NCBI GenBank assembly: GCA_035437825.1
Contig: DAOMYX010000006.1
Coordinates: forward strand, 3,332 to 67,331
DNA: 64,000 nucleotides
Reading direction: 5' to 3'
Source of the DNA: Alphaproteobacteria bacterium
GTDB taxonomy: Bacteria; Pseudomonadota; Alphaproteobacteria; Micavibrionales; UBA2020
The notes beneath the pieces were generated by a model. That model worked only from the letters and a program-made list of their open reading frames with translations, did no database searches and was not told the DNA's origin. A program made the position numbers and the translations under genes. Shown here piece by piece: positions 1-11,221 of the stretch. Within the stretch, counting starts at the first letter, position 1, and each line of letters begins with the position of its first letter.

Positions 1-71
1 CCTTGACCTGCGTTTCCTCACTCGCGCAAAACGGGCATTTCATCTGTCTCTACTCGCTTCGTGTTTAAAAA

Positions 72-1355
72 TCACTCATTGGGGTAAATCGGGAATTTCG
101 CGCAAAGCTCTGCCACGCGTGCGGCGACGGCGGCTTCGACCTTCGCATTACCCTCCACCCCGTTGGCGGCAAGGCCATCCAGCACTTCGACCATGTATTC
201 GCCGACCAGCTTGAATTCGGCCGTGCCGAAGCCGCGCGTGGTCGCGGCGGGCGTGCCGACGCGAATGCCGGACGTGACCATCGGCTTTTCAGGGTCAAAC
301 GGAATGGCGTTTTTGTTGCAAGTCATGTGGGCATGCTCGAGGCTCAGCTCCGCCGCGCGGCCCGTCAGTTTTTTCGGGCGCAAATCGACGAGTATAAGAT
401 GGCAATCCGTGCCGCCCGAAACAATGTCCAGCCCGCCCGCTTTCAGCGTATCGGCCAGCACGCGCGCGTTATCCAGCACCTGCTTGGCGTAGGTTTTGAA
501 AGATGGCTGCAGCGCTTCGCCAAAGGCAACCGCCTTGGCGGCGATGACATGCTCCAGCGGGCCGCCCTGCAGGCCGGGGAAAACGGCGGAATTGATTTTT
601 TTGATAATCTCTTCGTCATTCGTGAGAATGATGCCGCCGCGCGGGCCGCGCAGGGTTTTATGCGTGGTCGACGTCGTGACATGCGCATGCGCGATGGGGG
701 ACGGATAAGCCCCGCCCGCAATCAAACCCGCATAATGCGCCATATCGACCATCAGGTAGGCGCCAACACTGTCGGCAATCGCGCGGAAACGGGCGAAGTC
801 GATAACGCGCGGATAGGCAGAGGCGCCGGCGATAATCAGCTTGGGTTTATGTTCCTGCGCCAGCTTTTCGACTTCATCCATGTCAATCAGGCCGTCTTCG
901 GCACGCACGCCGTATTGCACGGCGTTGAACCACTTGCCCGACAGGTTCGGCTTCGCACCATGCGTCAGGTGACCGCCCGCAGACAGCGCCTGACCCAGCA
1001 CCGTATCACCGGGCTGCAGCAGCGCCAGCAGCACGGCCTGGTTGGCCTGCGCACCCGAATGCGGCTGCACGTTGGCGAATTTGCTGCCAAAAAGCTTGCA
1101 GATGCGGTCGATGGCCAGCTGCTCCGTCACGTCAACGAATTCGCAGCCGCCGTAGTAACGCTTGCCCGGATAACCTTCGGCGTATTTGTTGGTCAGCACG
1201 GAGCCTTGCGCCTGCAAAACCGCGCGCGAAACGATGTTTTCGGATGCAATCAGTTCAATCTGTTCCTGCTGGCGTTTCAGCTCGTTTGAAATGCCCGCGA
1301 AAACTTCGGCGTCGGCCGAGGCGAGGTCTGCGGTAAAGAAATCAAGACTGTTCAT
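72..1355 (-). CDS. glyA: serine hydroxymethyltransferase
   Basis: ORF 72..1397 translates as a full-length SHMT ([36 protein letters not shown]; [18 protein letters not shown]-lysine region). Start moved to ATG 1355 (MNSLDFF), which is preceded by an AGAGG RBS. Confidence 0.95.
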   Translation of the reverse strand: MNSLDFFTADLASADAEVFAGISNELKRQQEQIELIASENIVSRAVLQAQGSVLTNKYAEGYPGKRYYGGCEFVDVTEQLAIDRICKLFGSKFANVQPHSGAQANQAVLLALLQPGDTVLGQALSAGGHLTHGAKPNLSGKWFNAVQYGVRAEDGLIDMDEVEKLAQEHKPKLIIAGASAYPRVIDFARFRAIADSVGAYLMVDMAHYAGLIAGGAYPSPIAHAHVTTSTTHKTLRGPRGGIILTNDEEIIKKINSAVFPGLQGGPLEHVIAAKAVAFGEALQPSFKTYAKQVLDNARVLADTLKAGGLDIVSGGTDCHLILVDLRPKKLTGRAAELSLEHAHMTCNKNAIPFDPEKPMVTSGIRVGTPAATTRGFGTAEFKLVGEYMVEVLDGLAANGVEGNAKVEAAVAARVAELCAKFPIYPNE

Positions 1356-1381
1356 GGCTGCCTCTTTGCGCTGTGCGTTTG

Positions 1382-1873
1382 TCATGTGATGCTGCATCCT
1401 TTTTGACCGAGTTTTTCGACGCGGCCCGCATGGCGGCCGCCTTCAAATACCGTATTCAGAAACGTATCCACGCAAGCCGTGGCAATGTCCGCGCCAATTA
1501 GCCGCGCGCCCAAAACCAGCACGTTCGCGTTATTATGCTGGCGCGCCAGCTGCGCCGTCGTCACATCATGGCAAAGCGCGGCGCGCACGGCGGTATAGCG
1601 GTTGAGCGCAATCGAAATGCCGATGCCGCTGCCGCAAATGCCGATGCCCGCATCCACTTCGCCCGTCGCGATGGCTTCGGCGAGTTTATAGCCGTAGTCC
1701 GGATAATCGACGCGGTCTTCGCTATGCGGGCCAAGGTCCACAGCCTGATACCCTTTTGATGCCACATATTCGACCAGCCGCTGTTTCAGCGCGAAGCCCG
1801 CATGGTCGGCGGCGAGGCCGATTTTTTTAACCTGTCTGGAAACACCTTCTGCGGCGGAAACGGCGGTATTCAT
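1382..1873 (-). CDS. rpiB: ribose-5-phosphate isomerase B (RpiB/LacAB family)
   Basis: 163 aa. [16 protein letters not shown]..., [15 protein letters not shown] and [10 protein letters not shown] are typical RpiB motifs. The stop lies 26 nt upstream of the glyA start on the same strand. Confidence 0.9.
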   Translation of the reverse strand: MNTAVSAAEGVSRQVKKIGLAADHAGFALKQRLVEYVASKGYQAVDLGPHSEDRVDYPDYGYKLAEAIATGEVDAGIGICGSGIGISIALNRYTAVRAALCHDVTTAQLARQHNNANVLVLGARLIGADIATACVDTFLNTVFEGGRHAGRVEKLGQKGCSIT

Positions 1874-1969
1874 GGCAGCCCCCCTATCGGCTGATAAATC
1901 TGCCCTGTCTATACCAGATGTAGTATGCAGCCGCCAGCGGTATATACAAAAATATGTATATTATGGATA

Positions 1970-2956
1970 TTATTTGGCGGGCGGTTTGATGCCGCGGCGG
2001 GGTTTTTCCAGCGCCTGCCCGTGGACGGCTTCGCGCGGCGCGGTGCCGCCCAGACGCACGAGTTCATCATGCGCGCGCGCGATGAGCGTCTTGTCGGAAA
2101 AACTGTCAAAGCCCGCCGTCACGACACCCTCCGCCCGTGTCGCAAGATTGTGCGCGATTTTGGTATAGGTGCGGGCGGAAAAATTAAACTCTTCGGTAAT
2201 GCGGTAGCCGATTTTCTTTTCCGTGCGTACATGCGCGACGCGGTCGGGCGCGAGCAATTGCCACGGGTCGGCTTTTTGGTTTTTTTCCCACGCTTCCCAT
2301 GCACGCTTTTGTTTTTCCGCTTCGGCGCGCAGGTTTTGCGCCATGTATTCGTGCCCGCCCGCTTCGGCATAATCCCACACGCTGCGGCCGTCTTTGGTTT
2401 TATAAGACGCATTCGCGCCGTGCGCTATCAAATGCTTCACAATATCCGCATCGCCGCGCGCCGCCGCCAGATGCAAGGGCGTGGCGCCGTCGTTATCGCG
2501 CGCGTTGATATCGGGTTTGAGCGCCAGCAGCGTTTTAAGGCCATCGTTTTTATTGCCGCGCTCCGCCGCGTAATGCAGCGGCGTGCGTCCCTGCACATCG
2601 CGCGCATTTATATTCGCGCCGAACGCGGCCAAATCTTCGATTTTATATTTCGATGTGGTGTAGCCGTCATCCAGCAGCGCGTGATGCAGCGGCGATGCCC
2701 CCTTGGCATCCGGCGCATCCACCGGCAAACCGCGGTTGAGAAACAGCGCCAGAATTTCACGCCCCGTATTTTGATACCCGCCGTAATCTTTGCCCGCCAG
2801 CGCCAGATGCGCGCCCGTGCGGCCGTGAAAGTCACGCGCGTCCAGCGCCGCACCGTCTTTAAGCGCGCTGCGCACCTGCGCGATATTGCCCGCCGCGACG
2901 GCCGCCAGCAGGCGGTCGTTCAGCGCGGGTTCTGTCGGCGGCACTGGCTCTGTCAT
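1970..2956 (-). CDS. ankyrin-repeat protein with uncharacterised C-terminal domain
   Basis: 328 aa. It has several ANK-like repeats ([56 protein letters not shown]). No signal peptide is visible. The C-terminal ~130 aa are not recognisable to me. Confidence 0.8.
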   Translation of the reverse strand: MTEPVPPTEPALNDRLLAAVAAGNIAQVRSALKDGAALDARDFHGRTGAHLALAGKDYGGYQNTGREILALFLNRGLPVDAPDAKGASPLHHALLDDGYTTSKYKIEDLAAFGANINARDVQGRTPLHYAAERGNKNDGLKTLLALKPDINARDNDGATPLHLAAARGDADIVKHLIAHGANASYKTKDGRSVWDYAEAGGHEYMAQNLRAEAEKQKRAWEAWEKNQKADPWQLLAPDRVAHVRTEKKIGYRITEEFNFSARTYTKIAHNLATRAEGVVTAGFDSFSDKTLIARAHDELVRLGGTAPREAVHGQALEKPRRGIKPPAK

Positions 2957-3076
2957 GCGCTCTCGCAGGGGAGTGTCTGGATGGATGTTAATTTACATAC
3001 GGCAAAAATATTCCGCCGTCAAACGCGGGAATTTTATAATAAAATTATCGCAATCTTGCGCCGCAAAAGAAGCGTT

Positions 3077-3277
3077 TCAGCGGATAACGCCCTTTTTGCG
3101 CAGCACATATTCAAGCCGCATCAGGGCGTTTTTCTTGAAAGCGGCTTCCCCCGCCGACAGCGGGCACTGGATGGAAATTTCCGTCAGGCTGGCGGTATCC
3201 ATAGCGCTGACGCGCATGATATTGCCGACCGGCCTGAATTCAAAAATGACCTCGCGGCCGTGCATCTTTTCTGTCAT
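3077..3277 (-). CDS. small conserved hypothetical protein (resembles the alphaproteobacterial DUF6898-type family, from memory)
   Basis: 66-aa ORF. The pattern [30 protein letters not shown] resembles a small conserved alphaproteobacterial protein. The identification is not verified. Confidence 0.5.
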   Translation of the reverse strand: MTEKMHGREVIFEFRPVGNIMRVSAMDTASLTEISIQCPLSAGEAAFKKNALMRLEYVLRKKGVIR

Positions 3278-3311
3278 ATTTTACCCCTGCAAACATCATA
3301 GGAGCAAAGCC

Positions 3312-4526
3312 ATGAACGCTCAAGCCGCGACCAAGGCGCCGATGGACAAATCCCGCCTGAAACCGTCCTTCAAATGGGACGATGCCCTGCTGCTCGACGA
3401 CCAGCTGAGCGAGGAAGAGCGCATGGTGCGCGATATGGCGCGCGATTTCGCGCAGGACAAGCTGATGCCCCGCATCCTTGAAGCCAACCGCCACGAAATT
3501 TTCCACCGCGAAATCATGAACGAGATGGGTGCGCTCGGCCTGCTCGGCTCGACCATCGACGGCTATGGCTGTGCGGGCACGAATTACGTTTCCTACGGCC
3601 TGATTGCGCGCGAGGTTGAACGGGTTGATAGCGGCTACCGCTCCGCCATGTCCGTGCAATCGTCTTTGGTCATGTATCCGATTTATGCTTTCGGCAGCGA
3701 AGAAACCCGCCAGAAGTTCCTGCCCAAACTGGCCACCGGCGAATACGTCGGCTGCTTTGGCCTGACGGAGCCCGACGCAGGCTCCGACCCCGCCGGCATG
3801 AAAACCCGCGCGAAGAAAGTCGATGGCGGCTACATCCTCAAAGGCGCGAAGATGTGGATTACCAATTCGCCCATCGCGGATGTTTTCGTGGTTTGGGCAA
3901 AAGACGACGCCGGCGATATCCGCGGTTTTGTGCTGGAAAAAGGCATGAAAGGCCTCTCCGCCCCGAAAATCGAAGGCAAGTTTTCCCTGCGCGCCTCCAT
4001 CACCGGCGAGATTGTGATGGACGATGTTTTCGTGCCCGAAGAAAACAAATTCCCCGAAGTCAAAGGCCTCACCGGCCCCTTCTCCTGCCTCAACAATGCG
4101 CGCTACGGCATTGCATGGGGCGCGATGGGCGCGGCGGAGTTCTGCTGGCATCAGGCACGTCAATATACGCTCGACCGTATTTTGTTCGGCAAGCCGCTTG
4201 CCGCAAACCAGCTCATCCAGAAAAAGCTGGCGGACATGCAAACCGAAATCACGCTGGGGCTGCAGGGCTGCCTGCGCCTAGGCCGTTTGAAAGACGAAAG
4301 CCGCGCCGCGCCTGAATCTATTTCACTGATGAAGCGCAACAACTGCGGCAAGGCACTCGACATCGCGCGGCAGGCGCGCGACATGCTGGGCGGCAACGGC
4401 ATTGCCGACGAATACCATGTCATCCGCCATGCGATGAACCTGGAGGCCGTGAACACCTACGAGGGCACGCACGACATCCACGCCCTCATCCTCGGCCGCG
4501 CCATCACAGGAATCGCGGCATTCTAG
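3312..4526 (+). CDS. gcdH: glutaryl-CoA dehydrogenase (acyl-CoA dehydrogenase family)
   Basis: ORF 2886..4526. The start was re-picked at ATG 3312 ([10 protein letters not shown]). [36 protein letters not shown] and the [19 protein letters not shown]-terminus are typical of GcdH. Confidence 0.85.
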   Translation: MNAQAATKAPMDKSRLKPSFKWDDALLLDDQLSEEERMVRDMARDFAQDKLMPRILEANRHEIFHREIMNEMGALGLLGSTIDGYGCAGTNYVSYGLIAREVERVDSGYRSAMSVQSSLVMYPIYAFGSEETRQKFLPKLATGEYVGCFGLTEPDAGSDPAGMKTRAKKVDGGYILKGAKMWITNSPIADVFVVWAKDDAGDIRGFVLEKGMKGLSAPKIEGKFSLRASITGEIVMDDVFVPEENKFPEVKGLTGPFSCLNNARYGIAWGAMGAAEFCWHQARQYTLDRILFGKPLAANQLIQKKLADMQTEITLGLQGCLRLGRLKDESRAAPESISLMKRNNCGKALDIARQARDMLGGNGIADEYHVIRHAMNLEAVNTYEGTHDIHALILGRAITGIAAF

Positions 4527-4649
4527 CCATCGGCGTCTTTTGGTCTGCAAATACCGCTTTTCTGCGCTTCCGGTGCTCATGTGGCTCTGCCACACTGCGC
4601 GCCGGTTCTCGAAAAACGGCATTTTCGACTCAAAATACTTGATTGCCCC

Positions 4650-4682
4650 TAACATTTATAAAAAATCCGGCATGTTTTGCCG
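4650..4682 (+). terminator. intrinsic terminator about 130 nt downstream of gcdH
   Basis: Perfect 8-bp stem ATCCGGCA/TGCCGGAT (4655-4662 / 4668-4675) followed by a T7 run. Confidence 0.7.
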
Positions 4683-4805
4683 GATTTTTTTGTTCTAATT
4701 CAATGACAAAGGTCAAATTAGGCGGCTTTTTATGTATTCTTAACACCCCGTTCATAAATCTGCGGTACTATCATACTCAAGGTTGACCAGACGGGAGTTC
4801 CCGCC

Positions 4806-5663
4806 ATGACTGTCATCGTTACCAAACAGCAGATAGCCGAAGCCGCCGGTAAGGCCGCCCTTTGCGACTACACCTATTTCCGCGACACCAGCGTCCCGCC
4901 GCCGAATGGCTGGCGCGTGGTTTGCACATCGGGTGACGTCATGCAAGGCGAGCGCTCTTTTTTCGGTGCGCTCTATGCCAAGACCGACGCGGTAACAGGC
5001 AAGACGGATTACACCATCGCCTTTCGCGGCTCTGACGGTAACGACCTCAAATCGAATTTCATGATTGCCGTCGGCGGCCTGCCGTCGCAATTCAAAGATG
5101 CCTACGATTTCGTCAAGCTGGCCGCGCAAAAGGCGGGCATCGAAACCAAAGACATCACCCTGACCGGCCATTCGCTGGGCGGCTATCTGGCGCGCACTGT
5201 GGCGCGCGTACTGGACGTTAAAAAAGTTTTCGCCTTTTCAAGCCCGGGGCCGAGCAAGGAAGTACGCGCGCAGCTGGAAAAAATCGCGCCCAACGCGCTG
5301 CCGAACGACAAGGTCATTCATATCCGCTCCAAAAACGACATCATCGGGCTTTGGGGCAGTCAGGAAAGAAACACGCTGGAGCTGGATACCAAAAAGCATC
5401 ACCACGCGGTCAAAAATATCCGCAAGCATCTGGCCCTGCTGTCGGGCGAAGTGCCCGACCCTGCCCTCGTGCATCGCCGCGCGGGGTTTCTGGAGCGCGT
5501 ATTCAACGCCGTCAGCAAACCGCTCGCGGACGGCCTGCGTCTTTTCCGCGCGCTGAAAAAACTCGGCCAGTACACGCACAACCAACCGCCGCGTCCTGCG
5601 GCAGAAAAAATACTCCCGCGCCCCGCGCTGCAAAGCATGCCGCCCCGCGCCGCTTACGCTTAA
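4806..5663 (+). CDS. class-3 lipase-like alpha/beta hydrolase
   Basis: 285 aa with a nucleophile elbow LTGHSLGGYLA. The layout before it, YTIAFRGSDG, resembles Lipase_3/DUF2974-type proteins. No signal peptide is visible. A GGGAG RBS precedes the ATG. Confidence 0.7.
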   Translation: MTVIVTKQQIAEAAGKAALCDYTYFRDTSVPPPNGWRVVCTSGDVMQGERSFFGALYAKTDAVTGKTDYTIAFRGSDGNDLKSNFMIAVGGLPSQFKDAYDFVKLAAQKAGIETKDITLTGHSLGGYLARTVARVLDVKKVFAFSSPGPSKEVRAQLEKIAPNALPNDKVIHIRSKNDIIGLWGSQERNTLELDTKKHHHAVKNIRKHLALLSGEVPDPALVHRRAGFLERVFNAVSKPLADGLRLFRALKKLGQYTHNQPPRPAAEKILPRPALQSMPPRAAYA

Positions 5664-5676
5664 ATATTTTACAAAC

Positions 5677-5708
5677 AAAAACGCCCGCAAATGCTGCGGG
5701 CGTTTTTG
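5677..5708. terminator. bidirectional intrinsic terminator between convergent genes
   Basis: 9-bp stem ACGCCCGCA/TGCGGGCGT flanked by an A-run and a T-run. Confidence 0.75.
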
Positions 5709-5725
5709 TTTATGGCTTGGCCTTT

Positions 5726-6481
5726 TTACTGGCCGGGCGCGCGGGGCGGCTGCACGATGCGCACGGGCTGCGTTTCGGCAACCTTGTTCACGCGGATGTG
5801 CTGCACGGCTTCGGCGGGGACAGTCATTTCGACGTCGTAGCCTTCGGCCGTGATGATGACCTTGGTCGTCGCACCGCTCAGAACCGTGCCGGCCATCTGG
5901 CCGGGCTTTGCGGGCTGGGCTGGGGCGGCATTGCCGTTGGCGGCGGGCTGACCCTGTTGACCCTGAGCTTGCTGGCCTTGCGGCGTCTGCCCTTTTTTCA
6001 GGGCTTCTTCACGCGCGCGCGCGCGTTCAAGCAATTCTTCTTCGGGCACTTCGCGCATGGAAACGATGTTCGGGCTGCCGACCAGACCGAACGGCAGATG
6101 GCCATAGGTCTTGATGCGGTAGGTCTTGCCGACTTCGAAATCCTGATACATCTGCGATGAATTGAATTTCAGGTGCAAAAGCGCGTCTTCGTTGCGGAAG
6201 GTGCCTTTGTCGGTGACAACGCGGGAATTTTCGTAGATGCCTTCGCCTTTTTCGGAGTCCCACTCTTTGAAGTCGCGCAGAACCTGGCGGACTTTGACTT
6301 CGGTTTCCTGCTGCGTGCCGTAGTTGTAATAAGCAGGGCCGCCGATGAGGGTGGTGGAGGCGACCGTAATCACCGCCGCCCGCTTGAAGGCGCTCATCGC
6401 CTTGCCTTTCATATCGCCAAGTTTTTCCTTGAAGGTTTTTTTACGGCCATAGCCGTAGCCACCTGTTGCCATTCTTTTCAC
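5726..6481 (-). CDS. membrane-anchored hypothetical protein with Q/G/P/A-rich linker
   Basis: 251 aa. It has a basic N-terminus, one hydrophobic helix (AAVITVASTTLIGGPAYY), a globular part that may be DUF1523-like (unverified), and a low-complexity QGQQAQGQQGQPAANGNAAPAQPAKPGQ linker. Confidence 0.55.
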   Translation of the reverse strand: MKRMATGGYGYGRKKTFKEKLGDMKGKAMSAFKRAAVITVASTTLIGGPAYYNYGTQQETEVKVRQVLRDFKEWDSEKGEGIYENSRVVTDKGTFRNEDALLHLKFNSSQMYQDFEVGKTYRIKTYGHLPFGLVGSPNIVSMREVPEEELLERARAREEALKKGQTPQGQQAQGQQGQPAANGNAAPAQPAKPGQMAGTVLSGATTKVIITAEGYDVEMTVPAEAVQHIRVNKVAETQPVRIVQPPRAPGQ

Positions 6482-6618
6482 TCCCGAATGTCAAAACGAA
6501 ATTTTTAGAATGCAGGCAAGTTAACACCGGAAAGAAACGGAGTCTATGCCCTAAAATCGGGAAATATTATTGCGATATTCGGGAAATATGCAATGAAGGA
6601 AGCCGCTGCACCCGCGCC

Positions 6619-7086
6619 TTACGACATCAGGCTAAGACCGCCCGCGCCCATTTGTTCAAGCCAGAAGGCTTCGAGGTCGTGCAGGGTTTTGTTCATGGCG
6701 TCAAGCCGCGCATCCGGCAGGCCGGCCGCGCCAAGGCTTTCTTCGTGACGCTGGTAAAGGCGGCTCATGCCTTCGTTCAGGCGGCGGCCTTTGTCGGACA
6801 GGCGCACGCGCACGGAGCGTTTGTCGTGGATGGAGCGTTCTTGCAGCAAATAGCCGTTTTCAACCATCTTCTTGACGTTGTAGGAAACGTTGGAGCCAAG
6901 GTAAAACCCGCGCATGGTCAATTCCCCCACCGTCAGCTCGTCTGTGCCGATGTTGTAGAGGATCATGCTTTGCACGTTGTTGATGTCAAAGATGCCTGCG
7001 CGTTCAAGCTCCACCTTCAGCACGTCCAGAAACTGGCGGTGCAGGCGTTCAATGAGGGTGATGGAGTCGTAATAAACCGAAGGCAC
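6619..7086 (-). CDS. MarR-family transcriptional regulator
   Basis: 155 aa with a winged-HTH pattern (LTVGELTMRGFYLGSNVSYNVKKMVENGYLLQERSIHDKRSVRVRLSDKG). Confidence 0.8.
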   Translation of the reverse strand: MPSVYYDSITLIERLHRQFLDVLKVELERAGIFDINNVQSMILYNIGTDELTVGELTMRGFYLGSNVSYNVKKMVENGYLLQERSIHDKRSVRVRLSDKGRRLNEGMSRLYQRHEESLGAAGLPDARLDAMNKTLHDLEAFWLEQMGAGGLSLMS

Positions 7087-7151
7087 CCGAAAGGCTCCCT
7101 ATCCAATGCTTGCCGTATTGTAGGACAATTCAATGCCCCCTGCATAGCCCC

Positions 7152-8237
7152 TTAAAGCACAAGGTCGCGCTCGCCCAGGCTCTGGAAACAGGCGTCGATG
7201 TCCTGGTCCGAAACCTCGTTGATACGCGGCGGCTGCCATTTCGGCTGGCGGTCTTTGTCTATCAGCGCGGCGCGGATGCCTTCGTAGAAGTCATGGCCTT
7301 TCATCAAGGCCTGCGACAGGCGATATTCCATAGTCATCACCTGCGCAAAGGGCATATTCGCGCCCATGCGGATTTGGCGCAGCGCGATTTTCAAGCTGGT
7401 CGGCGACATGGCATACATCGCCTGCAAGGTTTCGTTTGCCCATTCGCTGCCGTCGGCCTGCAACGCGGCAATAATATCTTCGACGCGGTCATGCGCGAAG
7501 CAGGTATCAATCTGTTCGCGGTGCGGCGCGATTTCGGATGTGCCCGCAGGCTCGGACGTGTGCTTTTCAATCACGGCATCGACCTGCGCCTTGGCGGTTT
7601 CGGTATCGTCCCACTTCATGGTGCAAAGCTCTTCGCGCAGCGCCGTCATGGCATCGGGCGCGACGTAATGCGTGCCGAAGCCGATATAGACCGTATCAAT
7701 TGCCTTGATGCGTTTGCTGGTCAGCGCCAGATAGGCGCCGGTCTGCCCCGGGCAGCGCGGCAGGAAATAACCGCCACCGACGTCGGGGAAAAAACCGATG
7801 TTGGTTTCCGGCATCGCAAACAGCGTGCTTTCGGTGACCACGCGGTGCGAGCCATGCGCCGATACGCCCTTGCCCCCGCCCATGACAATACCGTTCACGA
7901 GCGAGATATAGGGCTTCGGGAACGTAAAGATGCGGTGGTTGAGCACATATTCCTCGCGGAAGAAATCACGCGTGAGCGCACCATCCGCCGTTCCCTCTTG
8001 CATCGCCTTGCTTTCAAGTGCGACCGCCTTCACATCACCGCCGGAGCAAAAAGCACGCTCCCCCGCGCCGGTGATAATCACCGCCTTGATAGTCGGCTCT
8101 TTGGCAAAAGCCGCCAGCCGCGCATCCAGCGCGCGAATCATGCCCAGCGTCAGCGCGTTCAGCGCCGCCGGACGGTTCAAGGTGACGAGGCCCACGCCGC
8201 CGCGGACTTCAAAAAGGATTTCAGGCTCTTGCGTCAT
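7152..8237 (-). CDS. enoyl-CoA hydratase/isomerase family, 3-hydroxyisobutyryl-CoA hydrolase-like
   Basis: 361 aa. GLVTLNRPAALNAL, ITGAGERAFCSGGDV and the long C-terminal extension are typical of HIBCH-type crotonases. Confidence 0.85.
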   Translation of the reverse strand: MTQEPEILFEVRGGVGLVTLNRPAALNALTLGMIRALDARLAAFAKEPTIKAVIITGAGERAFCSGGDVKAVALESKAMQEGTADGALTRDFFREEYVLNHRIFTFPKPYISLVNGIVMGGGKGVSAHGSHRVVTESTLFAMPETNIGFFPDVGGGYFLPRCPGQTGAYLALTSKRIKAIDTVYIGFGTHYVAPDAMTALREELCTMKWDDTETAKAQVDAVIEKHTSEPAGTSEIAPHREQIDTCFAHDRVEDIIAALQADGSEWANETLQAMYAMSPTSLKIALRQIRMGANMPFAQVMTMEYRLSQALMKGHDFYEGIRAALIDKDRQPKWQPPRINEVSDQDIDACFQSLGERDLVL

Positions 8238-8370
8238 TTTTCAAAAAACCGTTTATTTTCATGGAACACCCTTTATAAGGGAGTTTGACGGCGTTGAAAA
8301 CCGAATAAACAAAGGCCTGCCCCGCGCGAAAACGCGCCCTGCACGGCACCGCCGCCGCGCTCAAGCATGA

Positions 8371-9429
<1,059 letters not shown>

Positions 9430-9455
9430 GATTTCGGTGTGCCAATGCCGGCTAT

Positions 9456-9496
9456 AAAAAGCCCGCTGTGTCAGTTTATACACAGCGGGCTTTTTT
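9456..9496. terminator. bidirectional intrinsic terminator (hemB / restriction endonuclease gene)
   Basis: Perfect 10-bp stem GCCCGCTGTG/CACAGCGGGC flanked by A5 and T6 runs. Confidence 0.8.
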
Positions 9497-9510
9497 AATG
9501 TCGAGATGCC

Positions 9511-10428
9511 TTACGGCGCGCCGGTCAAAATACTCTCAAGCAAACCGGCTTCGACCATCTTCAGGTTTAAAATGCAATCAATCTTGTTGAAGGTATCTTC
9601 GAGCGGGCGTTTTGTCGTCAGCCATCCGGCACCGTCCGTTATCCAGATGAAACCGCAACCGTCCCCCCGCCATCTTTGAAAATCCGTCTGATATTCTCCA
9701 GCCGTGGATTTGAGCTTGGATCCCCCGCCACCATAAAAATTCGTTTCGATCAAAAAAACATCGCCCGCCTTATTCCTGACAGCAAAGTCGATCATCCTTG
9801 ACGATTTTTCCACCGTTATTTTTTTGCCCCATGCCTTCTGGATTTTATCGGCCGTGGCCTGCGGAATATAGGCCATGCCCGTGTTTTTATCGCAGACTGT
9901 TTTGACAAAATGCTCAGCGATACTCTCCATCGCTGCGCCGCCGCGGTTCTTCCGGCCGTTGCTGTCAAGCCCCACCTCGACACCGAAAACATAATCGACC
10001 AAGGATTTCACATTTTGTTTTTGCAACTGCGCCAGCAGCCCGCTCATCCTCATAAACTCGACGACTTTTTGCGGGCTGGCGCCCCGATCAAACGCATAGG
10101 TTTCATAAACGAATGCGCCGTTTTTATAGTCCTTGAGCATGCTGAAATTTTTATCCCTGCAGGCCAGCAGAACGGGGATGACTTCTTTCACTTGCGGATG
10201 TGCGGTGAATAATGCCGCGGCTACCTCTTCGATATTATCCTTGCCTATCAGCACATTCAGCAAATTCAGGTTGACCTCCATCGCCGAAACGGCGCCGGTT
10301 GCCTTTGGCCAGTTCACAAAATAATCCCAGCCTGTAATCGTCGCCTTGAGGTTCGCAACAAGAAACGCAAAAACCTCCTCCGCGTTCCCGCACCCGATGG
10401 CGTCTTGATAAATAGCAGAATATTTCAC
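9511..10428 (-). CDS. type II restriction endonuclease, DpnII/MboI family (predicted GATC)
   Basis: 305 aa. The motifs VDYVFGVEVGLDSNGRKNRGGAAMESI, LIETNFYGGGGSKLKSTAGEY and FIWITDGAGW match my memory of DpnII (DpnB). It is the last gene of the M1-M2-R cassette. Confidence 0.85.
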   Translation of the reverse strand: MKYSAIYQDAIGCGNAEEVFAFLVANLKATITGWDYFVNWPKATGAVSAMEVNLNLLNVLIGKDNIEEVAAALFTAHPQVKEVIPVLLACRDKNFSMLKDYKNGAFVYETYAFDRGASPQKVVEFMRMSGLLAQLQKQNVKSLVDYVFGVEVGLDSNGRKNRGGAAMESIAEHFVKTVCDKNTGMAYIPQATADKIQKAWGKKITVEKSSRMIDFAVRNKAGDVFLIETNFYGGGGSKLKSTAGEYQTDFQRWRGDGCGFIWITDGAGWLTTKRPLEDTFNKIDCILNLKMVEAGLLESILTGAP

Positions 10429-10444
10429 GGCACTACCTTCTCTG

Positions 10445-11218
10445 TCATTTCTTCAGGGCGGCGGTTATGCGGCGTTCGGAAAGTTTGACGAAGTTTTTTT
10501 CCCGCTCGATGCCGATGAATTTTCTTGCATGCATAACGGCGGCAACCCCTGTCGTTCCGCTGCCGCAAAAAGGGTCGAGAACGACATCGCCTTTAGAGCT
10601 GGACGCCAGTATCACCCGCTCCAGCAGTTTAACGGGCTTTTGCGTCGGGTGTTTTCCGAATGTTTTTTCAGACGGCGGCGTGCAGGGAATAGACCAGACG
10701 CTGCGCATCTGCTTGCCTTCAGCCTTGAGAATATCCCCCGCAAACGCGCCGTTTTTCATGTCGCCGTAGTGAAACGTATGCTTTGCCTTCTTGTCCTTGC
10801 GCACCCATATAAGCGTTTCGTGGCTGGCCGTAAAAAAACGGCAGGAAAGATTGGGGCTTGCGTTGGGTTTGAACCAGCAGATGTCATTCAGGACATGGAA
10901 ACCCAGCTGCTGAAGGGCTCGGCCGCAGGCATAAATGCTGTGATACGTCCCCGAAACCCAGAGCGTGCCGTTTGGCTTGAGCACCCGCTTGCAAGCCTCC
11001 AGCCATGCCAGATGGAATTGGTAATCGCCTTCAACCCCGCGGCTGCGGTCCCATTTCCCTTTGTTGACCGATACCATTTTTCCCGCATGGCAGGTCACGC
11101 CGTCATTCGACAAATTATATGGCGGGTCGGCAAAGACGAGATCCACGCTCTCCGGCACCATGCCGGACAGCACCTCAAGACAATCCCCGTGGCAAAGCGT
11201 GAAAGACGTTTTTGGCAT
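10445..11218 (-). CDS. DNA methyltransferase, N6/N4 beta-class (DpnA-like second methylase)
   Basis: 257 aa. The catalytic motif FADPPYNL is near the N-terminus and the SAM motif DPFCGSGTTGVAA is near the C-terminus, which is the beta-class order. Its size equals that of DpnA-type enzymes. Confidence 0.85.
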   Translation of the reverse strand: MPKTSFTLCHGDCLEVLSGMVPESVDLVFADPPYNLSNDGVTCHAGKMVSVNKGKWDRSRGVEGDYQFHLAWLEACKRVLKPNGTLWVSGTYHSIYACGRALQQLGFHVLNDICWFKPNASPNLSCRFFTASHETLIWVRKDKKAKHTFHYGDMKNGAFAGDILKAEGKQMRSVWSIPCTPPSEKTFGKHPTQKPVKLLERVILASSSKGDVVLDPFCGSGTTGVAAVMHARKFIGIEREKNFVKLSERRITAALKK

Positions 11219-11221
11219 CGG

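Noticed and set aside
2886-3311. N-terminal extensions of longest ORFs. These are gcdH from 2886, map to 39165, the cinA-like gene from 38984, the ECF sigma to 36836, parC to 23151, hemN to 43504, ccoO to 49453, glk to 59067, aglA from 56212, and the SPFH protein from 31175.
   Set aside because: Family-typical N-termini begin at internal start codons with plausible RBSs. The extensions overlap neighbouring genes or are compositionally aberrant.
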